This document shows, one piece after another, positions 1-8,820 of a DNA stretch of 26,757 bases. The stretch's first letter is position 1; every line of letters starts with the position of its first letter. The stretch is from positions 1 to 26,757 of IMG/VR virus record IMGVR_UViG_3300008339_000407; one strand, written 5' to 3'. Source of the DNA: a virus. Its lineage: Duplodnaviria; Caudoviricetes. The notes under the pieces are model-generated. The model saw only the letters and a program-made list of their open reading frames with translations, did not search any database and was not told the origin of the DNA. A program made the position numbers and the translations under genes.

Positions 1-1769
1 TCAAAGGCTTCACTTGTTTTATTCATCTCGGCTTCAAGGTCTTTTAAGAAACCATCAAGTTTTGCTGTCTCTGCTGATAAACCATCTAAACCATCTGAAG
101 TGTCTTTACTTTTAATAAAGAAATTCATTGCAGCATCTGCAAGAAAACCTAAACCTACAACTAAAGCACCAATACCTGTTGATACAAGAAGACCTCTAAT
201 AGCCCATTTCAATAAACCTAAAGAGCGAGCAAAAAGTCCTGTACTGGTTGCAGCGATACCTGCAACTGTTGAATAAATTCTTGTGGTTCTAATTAAGTTA
301 AGAAGTGGTTTGAATGCAAAAATAACTGCACCACTCAAAATTTGATAAGCCCTAGCCATAGAACCAGCAGTAATGGCAGCGTTGATTGCTTGAACTGTTG
401 TAGCAATCTTAACAATACCTATGAGTATCAATAAACCTTTAGCAACTAAACCAACAGCCGTGGCAACATATTCATTTGATTTAATAAAGTTTATGGCTGA
501 TGGAATAAATTTAGTTAGGAACTCAGCAAAAACTCTAACTAACGGAATAACTATTTTCAACACTTGAACTAAAGTGTTTGCTAATGCTTGAGCAATTTGT
601 AAAATAACAGGAATCAAAGGCTTAAATGCTGCAAACAATTTCATAACCTCAGCCCTCAACTCAGGGCTAGTAGCAACAAGAGCAAGAAAGCCAGCCATAA
701 TTGGATTCAAAGCCCCAGCAAATGCTGAGAGACCCGGGATAGTTGAAAGAATAGACCTACCTGCAAAAGTTGATAAAGCAACTGTTACAGCACTAATAAT
801 AGGCAAAAATTGGTATAAAGTACCAATAACTTTTTTAATAGAATCTTCAGAAATGCTCATATTTTTGAAAACATCAGTCAATCCTTTTAAGAAATTTGTT
901 AAAGGAGTAACAACTGTGTTAAGAAGAAAACCTAAACCTTTGATGGCTTTACCAAAACCTTCATTATTTCTAATCGCTTTAGAAAAAGCACTTGTCATAT
1001 CGTAAGCAGATTTAATCAATGGACCAAAACCATCTAGGGCTGCTTTACCCATTTCAACCTTCATATCGTTAAATAAACGAGGGAAAGAACGCAAAACTTT
1101 ACCTGGTGCTTCCATTGCTGCTAAATATGTGCCAGCAACCCTTTCACCTTCTTTCATAACACCATTGATAACTGCTGTTTGTTTTTCTTGAGCAGTTAAT
1201 GCTTTAGTTGATTTACCAATCTGTTGGGCATATTCTTCATACATTTGACCAGCAGATTTTTGAATACCTGAAGATTTCAATAATTCTGTACGACCAGTAA
1301 TGATTGCTCTAACAAGGAGCATAGTTGTATCAGTAGAGTTCTTTTGACCAATAACAGCCAAGTCTTGAGCAACGCGAGCAACATCTGCTGCTCTGGCTAA
1401 CTCTAAATTGTTTTGAGCGAACTCAATAGCAATCTGTTGAGATGCTGCCATCTCGATACCATTATCACGAATCGCTTTAGAGGCTTTTTGGATTTGTTGA
1501 TAACCAATTTTGGTTGAAGCACCAATGGCTCTCATAGCAATGTCTAATTCTTGAACTCTGGCTGCTTCTTGGAATGCTGAGCGACCAAATTTTGTTACAA
1601 GAAAACCAATGCTACCAATTGCAGCACCTGTGATTGCTAAACCTTTATCAAGACCAGATAAAGTTTTATTGAAACCAGCAAAACTGTTACTAATATTTTG
1701 CATCTGGGCAGATGCTTTATCAATAACACCAACCTCAATATTGGCTGAGGTGATAATTTGTTCTGCCAA
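1..1769 (-). CDS. Tape measure protein, N-terminal part (continues beyond position 1)
   Basis: Not in the ORF track because it runs off the window. TTG start at 1769 with AGGAG upstream. Reads LAEQIITSANIEVGVIDKASAQMQNIS..., and the same frame is still open at positions 1-60. Ala/Gly/Ile-rich, directly after the tail chaperones. Confidence 0.9.
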   Translation of the reverse strand, partial: MAEQIITSANIEVGVIDKASAQMQNISNSFAGFNKTLSGLDKGLAITGAAIGSIGFLVTKFGRSAFQEAARVQELDIAMRAIGASTKIGYQQIQKASKAIRDNGIEMAASQQIAIEFAQNNLELARAADVARVAQDLAVIGQKNSTDTTMLLVRAIITGRTELLKSSGIQKSAGQMYEEYAQQIGKSTKALTAQEKQTAVINGVMKEGERVAGTYLAAMEAPGKVLRSFPRLFNDMKVEMGKAALDGFGPLIKSAYDMTSAFSKAIRNNEGFGKAIKGLGFLLNTVVTPLTNFLKGLTDVFKNMSISEDSIKKVIGTLYQFLPIISAVTVALSTFAGRSILSTIPGLSAFAGALNPIMAGFLALVATSPELRAEVMKLFAAFKPLIPVILQIAQALANTLVQVLKIVIPLVRVFAEFLTKFIPSAINFIKSNEYVATAVGLVAKGLLILIGIVKIATTVQAINAAITAGSMARAYQILSGAVIFAFKPLLNLIRTTRIYSTVAGIAATSTGLFARSLGLLKWAIRGLLVSTGIGALVVGLGFLADAAMNFFIKSKDTSDGLDGLSAETAKLDGFLKDLEAEMNKTSEAF

Positions 1770-1771
1770 CT

Positions 1772-1957
1772 CTATCTACTCCTAGATGCCTGTTTCTCTT
1801 CGTAAACTCTTAACTTTTCTAACTCAATCCATTCAGTTAATTCTTCGCTAGAAAGCGCACGGTAGGATTCACTTCCGTTAAGAAGTTCTTCTACCGTACG
1901 CCCTAATCTTTGCGCTAATTCAAATAAGAATCTTCGCTCTGGATGAGTTAAGAACCT
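1772..1957 (-). CDS. Tail assembly chaperone, -1 frameshift extension (gpT-like part of gpGT)
   Basis: -1 frame after GGGAAAA reads RFLTHPERRFLFELAQRLGRTVEELLNGSESYRALSSEELTEWIELEKLRVYEEKQASRSR* and fills the gap to the tape measure; it has no ATG of its own. Confidence 0.85.
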   Translation of the reverse strand, partial: RFLTHPERRFLFELAQRLGRTVEELLNGSESYRALSSEELTEWIELEKLRVYEEKQASRSR

Positions 1958-2301
1958 TTTCCCAAACTTGCACTTGCCTCTTCTGTTAATCCAGATAGTG
2001 ACATTGCTTTGGCTGCAATCTTTTCTAAAATTGCGCCAGATTTATCAAGGAGAGCATCTTTGTCTTCGGGTTTGAAAACTGGTTCGCCTGATTCAGGGTC
2101 GAACACACATGCTATGGCTATTTCTGGGTATACAACAGAAATTGATGCTTTCCCTGTTTGAGGGTCAACAGCATTTTCCATTACTCTGGCGCGTTCTCTA
2201 GCAGTCATCGTTCTGATTTCTACTTTCACGCCCCATTCTTTAATTTCCATTAGTTCGCCACTAATGTCTTTTGCTTTCAATATTTGGTCACGAATGGACA
2301 C
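1948..2301 (-). CDS. Tail assembly chaperone (gpG-like)
   Basis: 117 aa, GTG start with AAGGAG, between tail tube and tape measure, ends at the slippery site. Confidence 0.85.
   Translation of the reverse strand: MSIRDQILKAKDISGELMEIKEWGVKVEIRTMTARERARVMENAVDPQTGKASISVVYPEIAIACVFDPESGEPVFKPEDKDALLDKSGAILEKIAAKAMSLSGLTEEASASLGKGS
1957..1963 (-). other. Programmed -1 frameshift slippery site G GGA AAA
   Basis: TTG GGA AAA GGT TCT TAA at the end of the chaperone ORF; XXXYYYZ heptamer of the type used in mycobacteriophage tail chaperones. Confidence 0.85.
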
Positions 2302-2363
2302 GATACTTTCTCCTTAATTGTTTGGGGGTACTTTGACCCACGGTTTTTCTATATTTAGTTTTT

Positions 2364-2792
2364 TTAGTATGTAGTTCTAGTTACTGCGCCTGTTACTTGA
2401 AGTTCCAATGAGAAAGTGACAACATCACCTACGGATGGATTAACTTCGTAAGAAGTAACAAGTGCTTCACCTGTGTACTTCACATTTCCTGATGCAGTTC
2501 CTTGTGGTCCTGCTTCGAAAGATGCTGAAGTGTTTGTTCCTGCTATTTGTGCATCAATCAAAGAAGTTAAATGGTTGTCAACTGTTGTGTCGAATGAACC
2601 AGAAACTGAGATTGTTGCATCTGCTAAACCTACAATGTAAGTTTTGCTTGAGTTACCGAAACTTGTGGTTTCACCTGTTTCGATTGCTCTTGATACAGTC
2701 ACATCGTTAGTAACATTTGAGATATCTGTTAAAGAACCTGCTGCGTTATCTAATTTGAAGACTGCATTTTTGCCATGACTAAATGTTGGCAT
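2364..2792 (-). CDS. Major tail (tube) protein
   Basis: 142 aa, Thr/Ser/Gly-rich, with ETTSFG...YIVGLAD and GDVVTFSLELQVTG; directly upstream of the chaperone. Confidence 0.8.
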   Translation of the reverse strand: MPTFSHGKNAVFKLDNAAGSLTDISNVTNDVTVSRAIETGETTSFGNSSKTYIVGLADATISVSGSFDTTVDNHLTSLIDAQIAGTNTSASFEAGPQGTASGNVKYTGEALVTSYEVNPSVGDVVTFSLELQVTGAVTRTTY

Positions 2793-2795
2793 TTA

Positions 2796-3509
2796 TTATC
2801 TCCTTGCTGCTGCTATTGTGTAAGAATATGATGCTGTTCCATTAGTTGTTCTAACTACTCTAAGGTAGCGATTAACTGAAGTTGTGACAACAACTCTTTC
2901 ACTTGTGGTTGCGCTTCCAGCGACTGATGCAAATGTTGCAACATCGCTAAAAGTTGAATCGTTTGATGATGCCTGAACTTTGAAAGTGTTAGCACTTCCG
3001 TTGGAGTTAGAAGTTACATGTAAATGGAAAATTGAACCATTAGACATCGCGCTTCCAAAATCAACTGAACTTGCTGTACCACTTCCAGTTTGGGTGTCCG
3101 AGATAAGGTTGTAGCCTTGTCGAACTCCACCGTCTGCTTGAAATGCCGAACTTATTGCTACGACATCTGCGACAGGCATAGATACTTCATAAGCAGTCAT
3201 ATCGCCTTGAGCCAAAATTGCTCGACTACCTTGTGCTGTGCCTTCTGGTAAAACTGTTAAAACATTATCTTCTTGAAGGATTCTTCCAGCCAAAACTGCA
3301 TCTGATGCGTTTGCTGAACCATCGAACATTCCTGATAAGGAAAGTCCACCATCATCCATTCCGACAATGTAAGAACGACTTGTACTACCAAAAGTTGTTG
3401 TATCGTTTGCTTCTATTTCGCGTGTAACGGTGGCATCATTTAGATATGGTGACATATCTGTGGCGTTCAAAAATACTGCTGTTTTTTTTCCATGACGGAA
3501 TGTAGGCAT
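2796..3509 (-). CDS. Second tail-tube-like protein with C-terminal beta-rich extension
   Basis: First ~130 aa align by eye with 2364..2792 (MPTFxHGK, TTxFGxxSxxYIVG, YEV, VxDVV); about 100 extra residues follow. Confidence 0.65.
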   Translation of the reverse strand: MPTFRHGKKTAVFLNATDMSPYLNDATVTREIEANDTTTFGSTSRSYIVGMDDGGLSLSGMFDGSANASDAVLAGRILQEDNVLTVLPEGTAQGSRAILAQGDMTAYEVSMPVADVVAISSAFQADGGVRQGYNLISDTQTGSGTASSVDFGSAMSNGSIFHLHVTSNSNGSANTFKVQASSNDSTFSDVATFASVAGSATTSERVVVTTSVNRYLRVVRTTNGTASYSYTIAAARR

Positions 3510-3606
3510 TGATTAAAGCACCTTCCTGAAGACATGATGCGACCCTGCACCACCATCTTGGACACATGGTCACGCTTCAGGTTGGGTAGGGGTCACATGG
3601 ACACGC
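3510..3606 (-). promoter_or_regulatory. GC-rich structured 5' leader of the tail genes
   Basis: Candidate -10 TATTAT at 3613-3618; stems CCTGAAG/CTTCAGG, GTGACC(C)/GGGTCGC and ACCAT/ATGGT; four GTG(A/T)CC motifs. Confidence 0.5.
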
Positions 3607-3648
3607 ACCTTAATAATATCGTGAATTAAATGATTTTTTGTTTTTAAT

Positions 3649-3939
3649 CTAAGCAGAAATAAATTCTGGCTCAACACCAAAATCATCAAAATAGTCTTGA
3701 CTTTTTTCTGCTAACCACAAGTAGTGGTCTTCTCTTTTGTAAGTTTCTTCTAATTCTTGTTGTTGCTTAAACTCAAATTGTTGTTGTGCTGAGCAACGAT
3801 GCCCCGGAAAGTATGTTCTGGTTGCTCCGAACTGGTATCCATACCATTCTTTAATTTCTGCTAAATACCATTTACCTTTTTTAGATTGATGCCAAACTAA
3901 ATTTTCTTTTCCACACTTGTTACAAGTCTTGGTTTTCAT
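3649..3939 (-). CDS. Hypothetical protein with N-terminal Cys pair (CNKC...HRC)
   Basis: ATG at 3939 with GAAAGGGG RBS is a better start than 3957; has its own promoter. Confidence 0.7.
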   Translation of the reverse strand: MKTKTCNKCGKENLVWHQSKKGKWYLAEIKEWYGYQFGATRTYFPGHRCSAQQQFEFKQQQELEETYKREDHYLWLAEKSQDYFDDFGVEPEFISA

Positions 3940-3961
3940 CTGACCCCTTTCGTACACTTCT

Positions 3962-3990
3962 AGTATACCAAACTAGGGTTTAGTATGCAA
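3962..3990 (-). promoter_or_regulatory. Sigma-A type promoter with operator-like motif in the spacer
   Basis: TTGCAT-17 nt-TATACT with extended TG; spacer contains TAAACCCTAGTT. Confidence 0.7.
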
Positions 3991-4263
3991 GCCTCTTTGA
4001 ACTCTTTCCTGACGAATTTCAGCCAAAGTCAACCAATAACCAATCCCATCAACCGTGTTATCCAACTTAGGATTACCAATTTCTCTAGCCATCTTCATAC
4101 CAACCATGCACAAAGCCACCTGCTCAGCAGAAATAGGTGTTTTTAAGATAACTGACCAAATCTTCGCTGCCCTGTCCAAATTGTCTAAAGGATGCCCATA
4201 ATCGGCGTTCCTGTCATCAAAAACAAGTTTCTTAGCGTAATCAGCGATATCTTCTGGACTCAT
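3973..4263 (-). CDS. DUF6378-like helical protein (possible dNTP pyrophosphohydrolase-type fold)
   Basis: DRNADYGHPLDNLDRAAKIWS...VALCMVGMKMARE...DNTVDGIGY pattern. Confidence 0.7.
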   Translation of the reverse strand: MSPEDIADYAKKLVFDDRNADYGHPLDNLDRAAKIWSVILKTPISAEQVALCMVGMKMAREIGNPKLDNTVDGIGYWLTLAEIRQERVQRGLHTKP

Positions 4264-5600
4264 AAAACAGCCAAATCAGACCAGTTCTTTTTATCATGCT
4301 TACCAACTAGCAAAGTCATTGTTCCGGGTGAACTCCAGATTGATTGAGAATCTGCATACCATTTACTTCCACCATCTGTTGTTCCATCCGAATCTAAACT
4401 TGGGGCTTGGAATCTTGTGAACATTCCAAAATCGTCTACCTTGATATGGTGGCGATGTCCACAGAACCAAAGTTTTGGTTCAACTCCGTTATCTCTTAAC
4501 AATCTTAAAGTTTGACCACGAAGCCATTCTAATTCTTTACCTGAGATTTTGTGACCATGTGTGAAAGCAACATCAACGCCACTAAGGTTAACTGCCATGT
4601 TCATTTGGTCATGTGGAATATGCCACTCATCTATAACTTCTTCTTTATCTAAAACTCTTTGCAAAGCATCGGCAAGAAAACCATCAGCAGAGTCGCTGTC
4701 ACTTGTGACGGCTTTTCCACCTCGTCTTGTCCATTCGCCATGGTTACTTAAAACTGAAATAAATTTTCTTTTAGGTGCAAGATGAGCCATTGATGTTACA
4801 CCTAGTGTCCATAAATCTAATGCTGTTAAAAGTTGTTGTCGCATTGTTCCCTGAACTGTAAACAATTGAGAACTATAATGCCCATCGCAAGATTCGATGG
4901 GGTCTCCGAGATTTACGAAAGCAATCTGTTCAATGTTTCTACCCATCTTTTTCAACTCAAGGATACGATTAAAAGTTTTATTGAATGATTCTTGGATTCT
5001 TTCAATTGTTCCATCAATACCACCTGATGCAGATTTATACAATTGCCAATCACTCCACAAAATAACAAATGTTGAAGGAACATCTATTGATTTAGTTACA
5101 ACTGGTTTATATTTACGGATAGATTTACGAACTTCATCTAAATCTTTATCAGTTAATGTTGGAACAGATTTACGAACAAATGTGGCTCGATAAGAATATA
5201 ACCAAATAATATCCCTGTCGCCATTTTCTAGTCTTTTTGAACTCGCCCACTTTGACATACGAACTTTGTCATCAAGAATTGTAAAAATATTTGGGTCAAG
5301 CCCGAAAGATAAAAGAATTGAATCCCAATCAGTAATTGGTTCGGTGACAGTACCTGTGTTAATTTCAACTTGGTCTTGTTGTAACTCTGCCCAAGGTTTA
5401 GAACTTTGCCCCACAACATCTTCAACATTGTTATCAATCTCAATCCCATGTTTTAATCTGTAATCCTCTAAAGCCTTCTCGGCTTCCTCTTTAGTTTTAT
5501 AGTGACCTAAAGTTTTCCAACCATCATTGCGACCAGTTCTTGCACGATATGTGCCATTTTCACGCTTCTCAACACTTCCGTAACTTCTGACTTCCTTCAT
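4260..5600 (-). CDS. Calcineurin-like metallophosphoesterase/nuclease with N-terminal AP2-like domain
   Basis: Motifs SDWQ, LGDPIE, SNHGE, FTHGH and GHRHH in the expected order. Confidence 0.8.
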   Translation of the reverse strand: MKEVRSYGSVEKRENGTYRARTGRNDGWKTLGHYKTKEEAEKALEDYRLKHGIEIDNNVEDVVGQSSKPWAELQQDQVEINTGTVTEPITDWDSILLSFGLDPNIFTILDDKVRMSKWASSKRLENGDRDIIWLYSYRATFVRKSVPTLTDKDLDEVRKSIRKYKPVVTKSIDVPSTFVILWSDWQLYKSASGGIDGTIERIQESFNKTFNRILELKKMGRNIEQIAFVNLGDPIESCDGHYSSQLFTVQGTMRQQLLTALDLWTLGVTSMAHLAPKRKFISVLSNHGEWTRRGGKAVTSDSDSADGFLADALQRVLDKEEVIDEWHIPHDQMNMAVNLSGVDVAFTHGHKISGKELEWLRGQTLRLLRDNGVEPKLWFCGHRHHIKVDDFGMFTRFQAPSLDSDGTTDGGSKWYADSQSIWSSPGTMTLLVGKHDKKNWSDLAVL

Positions 5601-5615
5601 AGTTACGCTCTCCCT

Positions 5616-5765
5616 TTATTCGCTTTGGTTAGATGCTTTACATCTTCCACATTTAATTGACCAAGGGCGTGTGACGAACTCTGCAAGCAATCTTTTACAT
5701 CGCCAACATCTTGGTTCTTTATCTAATTTTGCACCCTGACCATAAGGATTTAGTGTATTGTCCAT
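5616..5765 (-). CDS. Com-like zinc-finger protein (49 aa)
   Basis: Below the ORF-track cutoff. MDNTLNPYGQGAKLDKEPRCWRCKRLLAEFVTRPWSIKCGRCKASNQSE; RCxxCxxLL...IKCxRCK matches the Mu Com pattern. Confidence 0.75.
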   Translation of the reverse strand: MDNTLNPYGQGAKLDKEPRCWRCKRLLAEFVTRPWSIKCGRCKASNQSE

Positions 5766-5773
5766 GGGTGTGT

Positions 5774-6175
5774 CTAAAGTTCAACATGACATCTAAAGTT
5801 ACATGAGATTATTGGGCGAGAGTTTTTATCAACACCCATAGGCATTACAGAACCAACAGGTTCAATCCTTAAAACACGAATACTTGAAAGTGTTTGATTA
5901 GCAACTGCTGAAAGAAGAATACGAGCAGAATCTGCTGCATCTCTGGCTGTTGGATAATCGTCTCTTGTGGCTCTAAATAACAATTGAACTGATGGTCTAT
6001 CAATTTCAATTCCTGCTGTACCCATAGTAAACATCGGCGTTAAACCTTCATATTCAAAAACACCAATACAAACATCTGGTGATTCTGGAAGAACTCCAAG
6101 AAAAATATTTGTTCCTAAAGTACCTTTATTGTTGGTTTGTAAATATGTTCCAACTGCTTCAAGAATAGTACTCAT
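5774..6175 (-). CDS. Tail terminator / minor capsid family protein
   Basis: 133 aa, last of four head-tail genes; IFLGxLPESPD, PSVQ, DKNSRP...NF. Confidence 0.7.
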   Translation of the reverse strand: MSTILEAVGTYLQTNNKGTLGTNIFLGVLPESPDVCIGVFEYEGLTPMFTMGTAGIEIDRPSVQLLFRATRDDYPTARDAADSARILLSAVANQTLSSIRVLRIEPVGSVMPMGVDKNSRPIISCNFRCHVEL

Positions 6176-6585
6176 TTAATCTCTTTCCTAATCATGTGAC
6201 TTATTCTAATCGCTAAATTCTTAATAAGTACTGGAACTTGACGATATAAAGGAGTTTCTAAATATTTTGCTTGCGTTGGGGCATTGTGTCTAGCGTAAAG
6301 ATTTTCGTGAACATACAAAGCATAAGTTGCAGCAGGACCACCATAAGTCACACGAACTGAAGTTCTTCCATGTTCAGTTTTTGGTGGATGCACAACACCA
6401 GATGCTCTTAAAGCACCTGTATCAACTGGCACAATCTTTTGTGACTCATTGAAAATAACATTGGCTTCTTCATAGATTGCCTTTCCTAAAGTTTCTGGCA
6501 TTTCTTTAGGGATACGAGCCAAAGCATCGGCTAAAAATTTGATGTCATCACTTTTTACATAAAAATCACGATTTGTGGTAGCCAT
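6172..6585 (-). CDS. HK97 gp10-like head-tail/tail completion protein
   Basis: VPVDTGALRASG, YALYVHE, AKYLETP. Confidence 0.75.
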   Translation of the reverse strand: MATTNRDFYVKSDDIKFLADALARIPKEMPETLGKAIYEEANVIFNESQKIVPVDTGALRASGVVHPPKTEHGRTSVRVTYGGPAATYALYVHENLYARHNAPTQAKYLETPLYRQVPVLIKNLAIRISHMIRKEIK

Positions 6586-6911
6586 TATTTACCAAACTTT
6601 ATCGCTGTGTGATGGTCTCCATCTTCATCTTTCATTTGGTCAATCGCATAAATAATTGCTTCTGAATTATCTGGCAAAGTCATTGTGCTAGTTAAATTAA
6701 CATTCAACAAAGGACCATAAGTTAAAAATCTTCCTGTTAAAGAAAACTCTCTTTGGTCATCTGTACGAGTAGCGATATCATCATAAATTAGACGACCTTG
6801 TTTTGTGTATGGTGTGCCATAAGTTCTTTTACCATAATTATCTAACGCTGTACCATTTGTAAAAGTACAAATATCTGGCATCAACTCACTAAACTCTGGG
6901 TCAATAGCCAT
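6585..6911 (-). CDS. Head closure (stopper) protein
   Basis: 108 aa, beta-rich, DNYGK motif, second gene after the capsid. Confidence 0.6.
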   Translation of the reverse strand: MAIDPEFSELMPDICTFTNGTALDNYGKRTYGTPYTKQGRLIYDDIATRTDDQREFSLTGRFLTYGPLLNVNLTSTMTLPDNSEAIIYAIDQMKDEDGDHHTAIKFGK

Positions 6912-6913
6912 GA

Positions 6914-7357
6914 TTAGTCAACCGTATCTGAACTTAAACCTGATGTTGGATTATCAAACTCACCAAGATAGAAGTCTGTTGTTGGTGTGAATGGGTCACG
7001 ATTGATAGTTGATTGAATTGCTTGAGCATTTATTGTTGGTGTTGGTGGTGATTGGCGCATTCTTTGTTCAAATAATGATTTAGCCAACTCACGATATTGT
7101 TTTGCTTTACTTGCATAAGATTTTGATATAGAAATATCGCCAACTGTTTTACTTAAATTATCTGCATCTCTAGTAAATCTTGATGCAATAACTTCAGCAC
7201 CTGCTCTAGCAGACTCATAAGTATTTGACCAAGTTGAAATTAGATAAGAAATTTCTTCATCTGTTAACAGTACATCTGTGGAATCTGTGTCATTTAATAA
7301 AAAGCGAATAGCATCGCGTGGACTCGCTGATGGAGTACCCGAATATGTAAAAGTCAT
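6914..7357 (-). CDS. Head-tail adaptor
   Basis: IRFLLNDTD...LLTDEEI...VGDISIS; first gene after the capsid. Confidence 0.7.
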   Translation of the reverse strand: MTFTYSGTPSASPRDAIRFLLNDTDSTDVLLTDEEISYLISTWSNTYESARAGAEVIASRFTRDADNLSKTVGDISISKSYASKAKQYRELAKSLFEQRMRQSPPTPTINAQAIQSTINRDPFTPTTDFYLGEFDNPTSGLSSDTVD

Positions 7358-7371
7358 AACTCTCCTCTATT

Positions 7372-7404
7372 AAATAAAGGGGTGGACATTTCTGCCCACC
7401 CCCT
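7372..7404 (-). terminator. Intrinsic terminator after the major capsid gene
   Basis: GGGGTGGGCA-GAAA-TGTCCACCCC followed by TTTATTT. Confidence 0.8.
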
Positions 7405-7419
7405 AATTTTAGTTACTAA

Positions 7420-8400
7420 TTAAGCAACAATGCTGTTGAAGAAGTATCCAAGGTCAGAACCGATAATTTTGTTATCGAACGCCATTTCTGCTTCAACTCT
7501 GCTTGCACGGATTGAATCCATACGGAATTGTGAAGTTCCGATGACTTGTCCTAATCCACCTGAAACACCAGTCCATGAGAAGGTGTAACCAGCAGAAGGA
7601 GTCATTAGACCCGGTTGTGGTGCGACATGGCAAAGTAATGCAGTTTTGCCAGTTGCGAATGAGTATGCACCAGTTGCACCTTCAAGGTTAGTTGCCTTAA
7701 TTGCTTTAGACACGATAACTCTTGGGATATCAAACATTGCAGCAATCATGTCTGCTGTGATTGTTTGAGATGAGGTGTACTTGATACGGTCAACCAAGTC
7801 TGGGTGATTCTTCAATTGACGGAATACATCGTATCCGAGAACTAAAGTGTTTGCTTCCATTCCTGTGTTTGAAAGAATTGTTGCTTTTCCTGCTTCAATA
7901 TCTTCAATTGGGTCAGAAGAAGTGTAGTTGCTCCATTGGGTAGCAAAAGTTCCTGCTGTTGCAGTTCCTGCTGTACCAGCAATGGTTGTTCCCCATACAC
8001 CAGAGGTCATGAAATCTGTTACGAATTGGATTTCACGGCGAAGCAATAATCTGTGTGTAACAAATTCTGCTGCTTCACGAAGTGGGTTTAGAGGAGCATC
8101 AGCGTTGGCAACAATCTGGTCTGGAACATCTTTGTGGAATGCCCATACATCTGCACTATAAGTGTCAGTTGAAAGATTGTAACCTCCACCAGCAGATTCG
8201 GTTGCTGGCGCACGGCGTTGTGCTTCATCTCTGAACCAGTCATTCTTTGTGTAGGTGAAGAACTTGTCGCTCTTCTTGTCTACTGGAATTACTGGGAAAA
8301 CTTTATCAGCGATAAAGTTATCACGGTTTTGCATGTAGGCGACACTAATGTTGGTAAGAATCGCATCAACATGCACATCATTTAATGTTGGTTGAGGCAT
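7420..8400 (-). CDS. Major capsid protein (HK97 fold, gpE-like family)
   Basis: 326 aa, VDAILTNISVAY...FIADKVFPVIPV; follows scaffold and cement genes and is followed by a terminator. Confidence 0.9.
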   Translation of the reverse strand: MPQPTLNDVHVDAILTNISVAYMQNRDNFIADKVFPVIPVDKKSDKFFTYTKNDWFRDEAQRRAPATESAGGGYNLSTDTYSADVWAFHKDVPDQIVANADAPLNPLREAAEFVTHRLLLRREIQFVTDFMTSGVWGTTIAGTAGTATAGTFATQWSNYTSSDPIEDIEAGKATILSNTGMEANTLVLGYDVFRQLKNHPDLVDRIKYTSSQTITADMIAAMFDIPRVIVSKAIKATNLEGATGAYSFATGKTALLCHVAPQPGLMTPSAGYTFSWTGVSGGLGQVIGTSQFRMDSIRASRVEAEMAFDNKIIGSDLGYFFNSIVA

Positions 8401-8415
8401 TTTATTAGGTCTCCT

Positions 8416-8817
8416 TTATGCTATCGCTTTGGCAGGATTGATGCAGTTAACAACAACAGTAATAACTTCATTTGCTGCTGATGCTTCTGTCAATGCTTGT
8501 CCAAGCATGTAATGGGTTGCGCCTGTGCCACCAAGAGTTAAGGCTGAGCCTTTTCCTGCTGCTGAAGTACCAACTGCTGCGCCTTCAGTAATTGCGCCAC
8601 CTGCGACTAATTTAGAGCCACCAAGAACTAGAACTTCGGCTTCTTGTCCTGATGTTGGGTCGTTTTGCAAGATACCGATTGGTTTGTCAGTAGTTGCTGC
8701 AACTGCTGCTGCTTGACCACTTGAATCCAATTTTACGAAAGTATATTGCAATGCTGAAAGGTCTGCTGCTGCTACGAGAGTGACCTTGACCGAATAATTA
8801 CTTATTTCGTATGCCAC
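8416..8817 (-). CDS. Capsid cement/decoration protein (DUF2190-like)
   Basis: 133 aa, Ala/Gly-rich, PIGILQNDP...G.EAEV; directly upstream of the capsid. Confidence 0.75.
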   Translation of the reverse strand: MAYEISNYSVKVTLVAAADLSALQYTFVKLDSSGQAAAVAATTDKPIGILQNDPTSGQEAEVLVLGGSKLVAGGAITEGAAVGTSAAGKGSALTLGGTGATHYMLGQALTEASAANEVITVVVNCINPAKAIA

Positions 8818-8820
8818 GAT

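Noticed and set aside
4260-5600. Integrase, because of the N-terminal arm-like motif
   Set aside because: The rest of the protein has phosphoesterase motifs and no tyrosine recombinase catalytic pattern.
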